A DNA stretch of 24,376 nucleotides, from positions 1-24,376 of the IMG/VR virus record IMGVR_UViG_3300032216_001364. One strand, written 5' to 3'. Shown one piece after another: positions 1 through 9,000 of this stretch. The notes under the pieces were generated by a model that saw only the letters and a program-made list of their open reading frames with translations, was not told the origin of the DNA and ran no database searches. The first letter of the stretch is position 1; each line of letters starts with the position of its first letter. This stretch comes from a virus. Its lineage: Duplodnaviria; Caudoviricetes. Both the position numbers and the translations under genes were made by a program.

Positions 1-245
1 AGCTCTGTATAATTCATTGGTTTATATGATGATTGTCCACCACCAATAAAATCACCCACCTCTGCTTGTGGAGGGTTACCAAAATCAGTGAGTTGATCTA
101 ATTGCTTCTTCACCATAGCAGCACCCATAGCAGCTTTCTTAAATTCTTTCTTATGGGCTTTCATGAATGCTGCCTCTGTAGGATATTTACGATAAAACTC
201 CTTCTCAGATTTAACACCAGCAATTTTTAGAATGTCTTTTTTCAT
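1..245 (-). CDS. Putative cargo/ejection-type virion protein, 5' part only (runs off the left edge)
   Basis: Not in the ORF track. Manual translation from ATG at 245 gives MKKDILKIAGVKSEKEFYRKYPTEAAFMKAHKKEFKKAAMGAAMVKKQLDQLTDFGNPPQAEVGDFIGGGQSSYKPMNYTE, open to the edge. It starts 21 nt after the previous stop and carries KAAMG/QAEVG motifs like those in 267..3668. Position after the muzzle matches the crAss-like cargo block. Confidence 0.7.
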   Translation of the reverse strand, partial: MKKDILKIAGVKSEKEFYRKYPTEAAFMKAHKKEFKKAAMGAAMVKKQLDQLTDFGNPPQAEVGDFIGGGQSSYKPMNYTE

Positions 246-266
246 AACGTATTATTATACAGGTTT

Positions 267-3200
267 TTATTTATACTTATCTAACCAACCGCCATTTTTC
301 TTTTTGGTTGTTTTACTCTCTATATACTCTTTACCATATTTAGGAACAGCAAATCTTTCATAGTCCTCTGGTTTGATGTATGTTGTATCTCCTTTCTGAT
401 TAGCAAATCCTATTAATGCACTAGGTAAACCACTTCCTGTTCCTGGAGAATATACAGGAGATCCCTCATATATGTTCTGTTTTCTTTCTATAGGTTTTGG
501 TTGTTCTTTCTTTATTTCCTTAATAGGTTGTTCTTTGACAGGTTCTGGTTTTACAACTGGTTTAGGTTTAGGTTGTGGTTTAGGTTTACCATATTTTTTC
601 TCCCAATCAATTTTCTCTTGGGGAGTTCTCATATGATATGGTTTAATGGCTAGAGGATCATAATCAAAAACCTTCACTGTACCACCAGGATAGTCTACTT
701 TACGTTTGTTATCTTTTTTAAAATTCATAACTTCCTCGTAGGTGATAAATCTTTGTGGATCTATTCGAGAGTCTGTAAGTGCAAAAGGAGAGGCTAAATT
801 TTGTTGAGGTGTTATTAAGTCCCTGTAATATTGTTGGTATTTACTACCAGATTTAGTTTTAGCTAAACCTTCTAATTCAAGTTTTTTAACTTGGTTAGGT
901 GTAAGATTAAAATGATAGTTGTATGAATCATCATAATTACCTCCCCTATTATGACCACTCATGCTTTCTCTATATTTAATTTCCGTTCTATAAAAATCAA
1001 GATTTTCTTTGTTAATGTCATCAATACTATATATACCTTTATAATAAGGTTTAAACTTTTCACTTGCTGCAATTTTAATTCTACCAGCTTTCATTTCATT
1101 CTCATAAAATTTATTTAAAGCCATTTGAGCATTAAATAAGCGTGTACTATCAGCTGTTGTAGGAGCAGGGATCTCTAACCCCTTTTGAGCAATAGGATAT
1201 TCTGTAACTGTCTCACCATCAAACTCATAGTCTTCTCCAGGATACATCATCTGTGTGTCTCCTGTGTCAGATATGCCAAGTACAGGATAGGGTACACCTT
1301 CCATTGTTATATATGGAGAATCTATTTCTGTTATCTCTCCAGGATGAGCCCATTGTCCTCTGTCATCTTTTATTACACTTCCATCCCTACTAATATTCCT
1401 TGGTTTCCAATCTAGTCCTTCTTGGTAGTATTTCATCTCTTTGCCATTCTGAGCACTAGCCATTGTCTTCTTAGCATAAGGACCATTAGAAGGAATGCTT
1501 CCTGTGCGTGCGTATGTGAATCCTACAGATCCTGGAAGACTTCCACCCATTGCAAAATCTTTTCCTGATCTTTTAATTGGTGTAGGAATGTTTTGTCCTT
1601 TCTCTACATATGGGTGTCTCACTGTTCTTTCCCATTCATCAGCTTCTTGGTATGTTTTAAATGGACCACCAAGATGTTCTCCTGTTCTTCTAAATTCTGC
1701 TGCAGGATCTTCTACTCGTTTACCATACTTAAAAGACGGTACCAAATAAGCTGGTTCTCCATTCTCTCCACCTATAGATACAGCTAATTCTGTACTAGAA
1801 TCAGCATATGGTATAAGATGTCCTTTTGTTAGTTTCCTACTTGTAGGTTCAAGAAAAGTTAAATCTCCACCATCTTGCATAGAAGGACCTCCCCATGCTC
1901 CATTATAATTGAATCCTTTGTTTGTTGTTCCTAGGAACTCCCCACCATCTTCATATCTATCTAACCATCCTCCGTTCTTCTTTTGTTGTGCAGAGGCTGC
2001 AGCTGTTCCACCTAATGCACCAGTGAGAGCATATGGATTTAATATAGATGTTTTAAATCTATATCCCATACTTTCGTTTGGACTAAATATTTCTTCCACT
2101 CTTCTTACTAATTTTGGTGGAAGAATAACTTCTTTTTCTCCTGGATATTGTGGAAATGAAGATGCTTCAGGAATTGCTATAGATTGTTTACTTCCTCCAG
2201 GAATATCTATAAGTTCAGATGCATCTCTTACACCAAAAGATGTACCTAATGTGTTGCTTTGATTAGCTGCTGATGTTGACATAAAAGATTCATCTTTGAA
2301 AACATCTCCTTTATTTAATTCACTTCTTTTAACTCTTTTTCCTATTGGTTTAAATGTTTTAGAATCTAGCAGGTCAACCTCATAATCATATGAACCTCTT
2401 ACCACTTGAAAAGGTTCCTTTGATTTGTTTTTTAAAACAGCTTCTTTTAATAAGTCTCCTTGGTCTTTATAAAAAGTTCTTGCTGCTTTCTGTGGCGAAG
2501 TTCCCCAAATTTCATCAGGTGGTGTTCCTCTAAGAAGTTCATTTATTGATTTATCATACCCATTTGTATATGCATCAATAATGTTCAAATCTTGAGGTGT
2601 TAGTTTTGATACATCGTATTCTGATTTTTCTAGAATTCCTTTAATTGGATCTCTAAGTACAAGATTATAAGCTTTATTTTGTAGATTATATCTAGTAATT
2701 TGTTCTCCTGCAGCATTTCTCATTATAGGATTAGTAAACTCTGGAATCTTATCTTTTAATATATTCCTAATAAACAATCCATGTTCTTTTCCACCTTCAC
2801 CTGTTAATGCTGATTTTTTAAAATATTCTATTGACTTTTTATGAGCAGCTCTAAGTTCTGGAACAGAAACATATTGCTCTAGTCCTGGATATATTTTACT
2901 TGCCCATATATAATAGTCAATATCATTTGGTAAAATATCACTATATCTTTCATGTGGTAGTGGGTCTCCTTGCATCAAATTATATATTATTTTACTAGTA
3001 CCTGTATCAGGATCAACTATCTCACTATATTTATCTAGTTTAAGAGATTTTTTACCAAAACTCTTAATAGCATCTTTTACACCTGCTAAAGGATTAACTA
3101 AATTATTAGCAAACTCTTTAGCGTTTTTTGCACCTATTCCACCAAGTGCACCAGTTAGCAAAGGAACTGCTACACTCATTGCTGCTTTACCATAATTACC

Positions 3201-3668
3201 TTGTTGTACATCATATGGTATGCTACCAAGACCACTGGCCATATTACCAATAGCTACACCAGGATTCAAATAATCATCAATAAAACTGTTAGGATCATTT
3301 GGAAACAATCTAAACTTATCTCCTGTAGCTTGTGTTTCCTCAGCAAGTCTCTTGGCAGAAAAAGGTTTCTTTTTAGCTTCTTCACTAGCCTTAATTCTAT
3401 CTTGTCTGTCTTTTATTATCTTAGCGTTCTCAGCTTTTGTTTTTTCTTCAACTGCTTTCTTGTTCTTAGCAAGCTGTTCTTTAGAAAGAGGAATTTGTTT
3501 TCTTACACCTGGAAGAGATGCTATATCTCCTGTAGAAATTCCCACCTGTGCTTTAGGAAAATCACTACGTGTGTCTTTTCCACATATATGACATACATAT
3601 TTATCCTTAGCACTAGAATCAGCTGTGCTCCAGGAATGTCCGCATGTGCAATTAACTTTCTTAGCCAT
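267..3668 (-). CDS. Large multidomain cargo/ejection-type protein with an ADP-ribosyltransferase domain (VIP2/C2/Alt-like R-S-E clade) and an N-terminal Zn-ribbon-like motif
   Basis: ART signature: AYTNGYDKSINELLRG, VVRG (R424), FMSTS (S464-T-S) and PGEKEVILP (E511-x-E513). N-terminal CxCxH...CxxC. Gly/Ala-rich hydrophobic segments flank the ART. Repeated KKNGGWLD and [AYMF]-x-x-G(G) motifs. Pro/Lys-rich linker near the C-terminus. The gene follows the muzzle block. Confidence 0.8.
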   Translation of the reverse strand: MAKKVNCTCGHSWSTADSSAKDKYVCHICGKDTRSDFPKAQVGISTGDIASLPGVRKQIPLSKEQLAKNKKAVEEKTKAENAKIIKDRQDRIKASEEAKKKPFSAKRLAEETQATGDKFRLFPNDPNSFIDDYLNPGVAIGNMASGLGSIPYDVQQGNYGKAAMSVAVPLLTGALGGIGAKNAKEFANNLVNPLAGVKDAIKSFGKKSLKLDKYSEIVDPDTGTSKIIYNLMQGDPLPHERYSDILPNDIDYYIWASKIYPGLEQYVSVPELRAAHKKSIEYFKKSALTGEGGKEHGLFIRNILKDKIPEFTNPIMRNAAGEQITRYNLQNKAYNLVLRDPIKGILEKSEYDVSKLTPQDLNIIDAYTNGYDKSINELLRGTPPDEIWGTSPQKAARTFYKDQGDLLKEAVLKNKSKEPFQVVRGSYDYEVDLLDSKTFKPIGKRVKRSELNKGDVFKDESFMSTSAANQSNTLGTSFGVRDASELIDIPGGSKQSIAIPEASSFPQYPGEKEVILPPKLVRRVEEIFSPNESMGYRFKTSILNPYALTGALGGTAAASAQQKKNGGWLDRYEDGGEFLGTTNKGFNYNGAWGGPSMQDGGDLTFLEPTSRKLTKGHLIPYADSSTELAVSIGGENGEPAYLVPSFKYGKRVEDPAAEFRRTGEHLGGPFKTYQEADEWERTVRHPYVEKGQNIPTPIKRSGKDFAMGGSLPGSVGFTYARTGSIPSNGPYAKKTMASAQNGKEMKYYQEGLDWKPRNISRDGSVIKDDRGQWAHPGEITEIDSPYITMEGVPYPVLGISDTGDTQMMYPGEDYEFDGETVTEYPIAQKGLEIPAPTTADSTRLFNAQMALNKFYENEMKAGRIKIAASEKFKPYYKGIYSIDDINKENLDFYRTEIKYRESMSGHNRGGNYDDSYNYHFNLTPNQVKKLELEGLAKTKSGSKYQQYYRDLITPQQNLASPFALTDSRIDPQRFITYEEVMNFKKDNKRKVDYPGGTVKVFDYDPLAIKPYHMRTPQEKIDWEKKYGKPKPQPKPKPVVKPEPVKEQPIKEIKKEQPKPIERKQNIYEGSPVYSPGTGSGLPSALIGFANQKGDTTYIKPEDYERFAVPKYGKEYIESKTTKKKNGGWLDKYK

Positions 3669-4098
3669 TATTTGTACGCATTTTATTTTTTAAACCAAGT
3701 TCAACAGCTTTGTCTATACTAAATTTATATGTATTAATCCCCATCCAAAAAGTTTTATACTTTATACCAAGCGTTTCACATAACTCTTTTGCAATATAAA
3801 TTTTTCCTTTATACTCCACTTTTACATTAGATCTTCTATTTCTGGCTTGTTCTTTTGAAGTTACCCATCTACAATTTGATGGTTCATAAATACCATCATT
3901 GTTAATTCTGTCTATAGAAAGACCTTTTTTATAAAATGATTCATTATCCTCAATAAAAGACTCAACACTATTTTTCCATCTATCACACATTACAATTCCC
4001 CTTTGTCCATATATTGGATATTTTTCTGATTTAGGATTATAACATCTTTGAGTCATGTTATACCAAATTGAATACAAAGGATGTTTCCAAACACTCAT
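3661..4098 (-). CDS. Free-standing HNH-type (homing) endonuclease
   Basis: The sequence HPLYSIWYNMTQRCYNP...YGQRGIVMCDRW...F...LSIDRINNDGIYEPSNCRWVTSKEQARNRR matches the common phage HNH family (SIDRIdNxGxYxPxNCRW), followed by an HTH-like C-terminus. Its stop overlaps the start of the next gene (ATGGCTAA). Confidence 0.85.
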   Translation of the reverse strand: MSVWKHPLYSIWYNMTQRCYNPKSEKYPIYGQRGIVMCDRWKNSVESFIEDNESFYKKGLSIDRINNDGIYEPSNCRWVTSKEQARNRRSNVKVEYKGKIYIAKELCETLGIKYKTFWMGINTYKFSIDKAVELGLKNKMRTNNG

Positions 4099-4106
4099 AT
4101 TTTATA

Positions 4107-4976
4107 TTATTTATAACTGATTTGAGCTGGGCTGTAGAGGAATTGGCTGACTAAGTGCACATCACTTTTTGAATCTAATATATGTCTTATTTTAAGATCT
4201 TTTCCCCTAAGTGGTTCTTTTTTAAAACTACGTTTAGAATAGTCCATATTAACCTGATTTACCAATTTATCAATAGACAAAGACTCACAACTCTTTGTAA
4301 ACAAAGGTAGTGATTTATCTTTAACCAATCCCCAGAAGGTATTGTATTGATAGAAGTTATCACTCTTAGTGTATGTAATTGTCTTACTATCAGTGTTATA
4401 TATAGGATATTTCAAGTATTCCTTTAGATTATGCATAGGTTTAGCAACAAGCTCAAGCACACCTGTGCTCTGTTGATCGTTATAAAGAATAGCCTTATTG
4501 AAATATCCATCAATAGCTAGTCTTCTATTATAATTGAATACACCATCATCATTAGGAAGATATTTATAAGCCTTTGTGTAATCTTTTACATTCTGAAGAA
4601 TCTCATCATAATACTGATAGGCAAATGGATATTCAATAACATATGGTTCTGTACATCCATAATATGTGTTATATATTACAGGGTTTGTAAGATGTCTCCA
4701 TATAGATGCTGTGTTCTGTTCTTGATATTGTATTGCTGCTAATTCATATTTCTTAATTGTTGTAACAGGAATATTCCAAAACTTACCACAACAACTTTTT
4801 CCTTCTGATTTAATTATAATAACATTCACTGTATCATCAATAACAACAGCAAGCCCAGAAATGAGCTCACTCTTAGGAACATCAAATGCAAGTAGGTTTC
4901 CCCTATCATCATAGATGGAGAACCTACTTAATCTATTACCAGCTGCTTTAAGCTTTATTACAATTGTTTTGTTCAT
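4107..4976 (-). CDS. Muzzle/tail-stabilisation protein C-terminal fragment fused to a ~70-aa N-terminal domain shared with 4987..6057
   Basis: SIWRH...YNTYYG...PYVIEY...FNKAILYNDQQSTG...LRGK resembles the C-terminal region of crAss-like muzzle/Tstab proteins (from recollection of the family, not a search). The N-terminal ~72 aa align by eye with the N-terminus of the 356-aa neighbour. Confidence 0.6.
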   Translation of the reverse strand: MNKTIVIKLKAAGNRLSRFSIYDDRGNLLAFDVPKSELISGLAVVIDDTVNVIIIKSEGKSCCGKFWNIPVTTIKKYELAAIQYQEQNTASIWRHLTNPVIYNTYYGCTEPYVIEYPFAYQYYDEILQNVKDYTKAYKYLPNDDGVFNYNRRLAIDGYFNKAILYNDQQSTGVLELVAKPMHNLKEYLKYPIYNTDSKTITYTKSDNFYQYNTFWGLVKDKSLPLFTKSCESLSIDKLVNQVNMDYSKRSFKKEPLRGKDLKIRHILDSKSDVHLVSQFLYSPAQISYK

Positions 4977-4986
4977 TCACAGGTTA

Positions 4987-6057
4987 TTATAACGGACAGT
5001 TGAAACATCCAGTGATTTGATAATATATGTATTGACTACCACTAAATATCCTAAACCTATATGATGGTACAGAAGGATAGTTATTTGACATTGCGTTTAA
5101 TATAATTGTTGTTGCTGTAGAATAATCATTAGGACAATCGCTACCATCTCTTGATGTTACAGCTCCAGTTAGTACACTAAATTTTGTTATCTTACATTTA
5201 CTAAGTGATCCATCTTCTGTAGCAAAAACAGGACTGCAACTTAATTGTGTTGTATATCCTGGATTTTCAAGAGTGATGGCATTTGTTCCACCAGGGTTGA
5301 AATTATAAACTGCTGTTGCGGTACCAGGACAACCGTTTAATGCATAAATACTTACTTGTCCTGTAAATCCTAAAGCAGGTCCTCCAACACCCACTGCAGG
5401 ATTTGTAAATTCACCACGTACATAATATCCTGGGGTTGGTAAATCTCCATAATATCCTGGCTCTAGACTTATTTCCACAAGAACAGGACATCCTGTTAAT
5501 TGAGCACTTGTGTTTGGATTTAAAGCCGCATTAATTACCAAGTTGTATGTATCTGGAGGTATTGTTGTTGGTGGTATTGGTGTAGGTGTAGGATCAGTTG
5601 TATACACTGCTGTAATTCTATATACGTTAGTATCAGCAGTACCTGGTCGTGTCACTGTATCATTAACATTGAATGTATTTCCAGGATATTGCTGAGAATA
5701 TTTAACATCTCCATTGAAACAATCTGTAAACTGATACCACTCAGGAGCAGAGCTAGTTGTTGTGGTGGTAGTTGAAGATGTTGATGTTGTTGTAGATGTA
5801 CTAGTGGATGTACTAGTGGTGGTAGATGTAGTGGTGTTACTAATTGGTATATATTCATAAGTGTTACATACACCAGTGGAAACCACCTTCACCATAGTGG
5901 CTGCACTATTAAGTGTTACGTTATATCCTGCTGCCATAACAGTTTTAGACAAACCTGTTGCAACAGGAGCTGAATATGAATCAGAATCCTGATAAATGCT
6001 AAATGGACCTGCATCAGCTCCAATTGTTGTTAACGTTACTTTTACTACTTTTGACAT
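4987..6057 (-). CDS. Thr/Ser-rich, Cys-containing accessory virion surface protein (putative adhesin/decoration)
   Basis: Architecture: ~73-aa beta-rich N-domain, ~28-aa T/S tract, Cys-bounded small domain, PTPTPIPP linker, beta-rich C-domain. It lies between two muzzle-like ORFs. Confidence 0.55.
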   Translation of the reverse strand: MSKVVKVTLTTIGADAGPFSIYQDSDSYSAPVATGLSKTVMAAGYNVTLNSAATMVKVVSTGVCNTYEYIPISNTTTSTTTSTSTSTSTTTSTSSTTTTTTSSAPEWYQFTDCFNGDVKYSQQYPGNTFNVNDTVTRPGTADTNVYRITAVYTTDPTPTPIPPTTIPPDTYNLVINAALNPNTSAQLTGCPVLVEISLEPGYYGDLPTPGYYVRGEFTNPAVGVGGPALGFTGQVSIYALNGCPGTATAVYNFNPGGTNAITLENPGYTTQLSCSPVFATEDGSLSKCKITKFSVLTGAVTSRDGSDCPNDYSTATTIILNAMSNNYPSVPSYRFRIFSGSQYIYYQITGCFNCPL

Positions 6058-6074
6058 ATAATCTGTGTATTAAG

Positions 6075-9000
6075 TTATAGAGGTTTTGCTGTTCCACCAA
6101 AGTTACATTTTAAAACATATGCAGTGGTGGTGGTTGTTGTTGTTGCTTCTGGTTCAGGAATAGCTGTTCCTCCAAAGTTACAATCTAGGACAGCTATTTC
6201 TTCAGCAGCTATTGCTTCTAAATCACATCCACCATTGAGTCCAGAATAGAAGAAATTGTTTTCAGCTATATACCAATTAGGAATGTAGCTGTGAAAGCTC
6301 ACCCAACTCTTTGTATTTACATTAAATGAAAGAGTCCAAGACTTATTACAGAAATATTCTATGTCTGTAAGATCTACATATTGTCTTAATACTGTTTCAC
6401 CTAGTTGTCTATTTATATAGAACTGCTGTAGAGCAGCGTCATATAAAACACTAGAGTTTTGAGGAATATAGTCTAGCTTGGAAATGATCACCCTATCATA
6501 TTTGGAATCATATACACCGTGTAGTCCTATTCCATTGAAATGGTTATCTGTGTTTACATCTGGGAAATACCTTAGTATTTCAAATGCCAGATGATCTGTA
6601 AAGAACCTATTTAGTCCAGATCCAAACGCTGATAAATCCTGTGCTTGGTTTCCTGCTATTAAGAACACCTGTCCTCTTTTAGCATCTATAGTGATTTGTC
6701 CTTGAGGAATCTTAAGGAGCATCTTGTTCTGAGCTCCTACATATCCAAGATCTGTTTCTGCAAAGTCTATTGGAGGAGCACTTCTAAATAAACTATCGTT
6801 TCCTAAATAAGCAGCTTGAGGATTACTTGTCTCAACAGTTAGGAGAGTGTTGTATAATAAGCTCTTGTTTTCAAATCTAGCCAAAACAGCTCTGTTTTGA
6901 ATACCATCTAAACTTGTAAGCTTTCCATAGTTTTGAGGGAAATCAAAGAAACTAATAGGACGATAGATGAGCCAGCTATTAATTCTATTATCTGTATAGC
7001 TTTGTTGTCTATCAGAATAAATTGCCCTGAATGGGAAATTTGTATAGCACTGATTACTATTCCAATCTATAGGTAGATGGGAGAAATAGTTCTCTTTGTT
7101 TTGCTTAGAAAATGTTGTATTGTAATAATATGTGTTATCAAATGCAATAGGTACATAACTTTCTTGAAACCATTGATCAGGAATACCTGTACTCACGTGT
7201 GGGAAGAAATCTCCTTCTCTATTATTGAATGCTTGACGAAGATCTACATTCACTGCTGTTTCACAATAGAATGTAGGAATACCATAAGCAAACAAATAGA
7301 AGCTGCCATCATAGAATGTTCTTCCAGGACTTCCCTCAGCTTGACTATTAAAACAATCAAAGTTGTGAGCCTTGATTGATATAATATTTTTCATTGTTGT
7401 AGGTAATGCTGGACTACCAGATGTCACTGTCGTAGTGTAATCAAATAGAATAGATCTAGCTGAGTGCCAGTATTTTGGATAGGCTACATTACCTATCTCA
7501 TCATAGAATACATCTGAATCATCAGGAGCTCCCACTCTATTATCAATAAAGAAAGGAAGTTTTGTTTTAAAAGAGAATTTATTGATAAATGTATCTCCAC
7601 CAAACACTGTTTGAATAGTAGATGTCTCAACTCTTAAGTTTTGAAACCCTGTATCAATTGTTTCATATGAATACATCTGACCCCATTGATTACTAGCTAT
7701 ATTCTTTAAAGAAGCATAATAAGTGACAGTGGTGATTTCAAACTCATTTTGTGGTTGTAAACAATTTGATTGATCAGAAATAGTATATCTTGACATATCC
7801 TCAATAGCAGGAATTGTTCCTATAAGTAAACTTGGTGTTTCACTTGGATAGGGCAAACTGCTTACAGAAGATCCATCTCTGGTTTGTATTGTCTTTAGAT
7901 ATACAGAAGACTCCCTATTAAAATTGTTTATGTTTAAATCATCACCAACATTCTGCACTCCAGGGATGAGATATTGATATAGTTGAAGATCTCTTTGTTT
8001 AATCCCTAAACCATTTGCTATAGGTGCCCAATAGTTATATTTAGCTATTGAGTTGTATGATCTAGCATAGTTTCTTCTAGTGATACCATTTATATAAATC
8101 TGCAAATATGCCTGATAGGCAGTAAACATTGCAGTGGGACTAAATGGTGTAGTTATTCCTGCAATTTTTTCACTAGACTTCAATGCATCTTCTTGTGCTT
8201 CTTTACTAAGAAGTTTATACATTGCATTCTTCTGCACTTGTGAGAAGTGAGCAGATCCTGCACCATAAATAGCATTCTCAAGCTTCAGGATGTTTCCTAG
8301 GAAAGGTTTTCCAAAGGATGTCTCAGGGGAGTTGAATACAAATCTATATGGAGATTTTGTATTATTAAATGCATCTAGTTGATCGACACTTACAGTGCAA
8401 TTTAAGTTTCCTATGTGTTCAGCTATGAAATTTATTTGATATTTATTATTTCCTTCTACATGTACAGGTTTTGTAATAGAATCAACCTGAATACAATGTT
8501 TTTCAAAAAGATTACCAGAAACCCAAATTAATTGAGGCTCAGCTTTATCAGGAGGAAAATAAGAGAATCTATTACCAGCAGCACCAGCATTTGTACAAAG
8601 ATCCCATGTGCTATAATTAGTTGCACTGATGGTACCATCTGCAGGAAGTGTGAGTGTTGGAAAGGTTGTAGAACAAACATTCACTCTCTGTCCAATTGTT
8701 ACAGTTTCTGTTATTGGTAGTCCTGTATCACAACTGTAATATGTTAGTGTTGTTGTAGCAGCACTCACTACTATTTCATATTGTCTACATACAGCATCAA
8801 ATGCATTATTATTTGTAAGAAGGAATGGATCAACTCTTAGGTCATTATATGGATAGTTGGGGAAATAATAAGATGTTCCCTCTCTTTCATATTCACCAAG
8901 ATTTCTAAGAATACCCTTAGCTACAATTGATGTATTTGTACTTCTGTTTCCTCTAACTATTTTAAATCCAACAATAGAGTCTTTTTGATCTTGTGTAAGA

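Noticed and set aside
5750-5840. CRISPR array or DNA tandem repeat in the low-complexity gtt/gtg/gta tracts
   Set aside because: These are mixed-codon Thr/Ser coding tracts with no repeat-spacer periodicity.
6058-6077. Sequencing frameshift or pseudogenisation breaking the muzzle
   Set aside because: Each downstream ORF has its own ATG, a short spacer and a homologous N-terminal domain, which indicates organised separate genes. It cannot be fully excluded without reads.
4700-6230. Split intein or intron explaining the muzzle break (CNFGGT loosely resembles intein block A)
   Set aside because: There is no TxxH block B, no HN-[CST] terminus and no recognisable group I/II intron core. The intervening DNA is fully coding for an unrelated protein.
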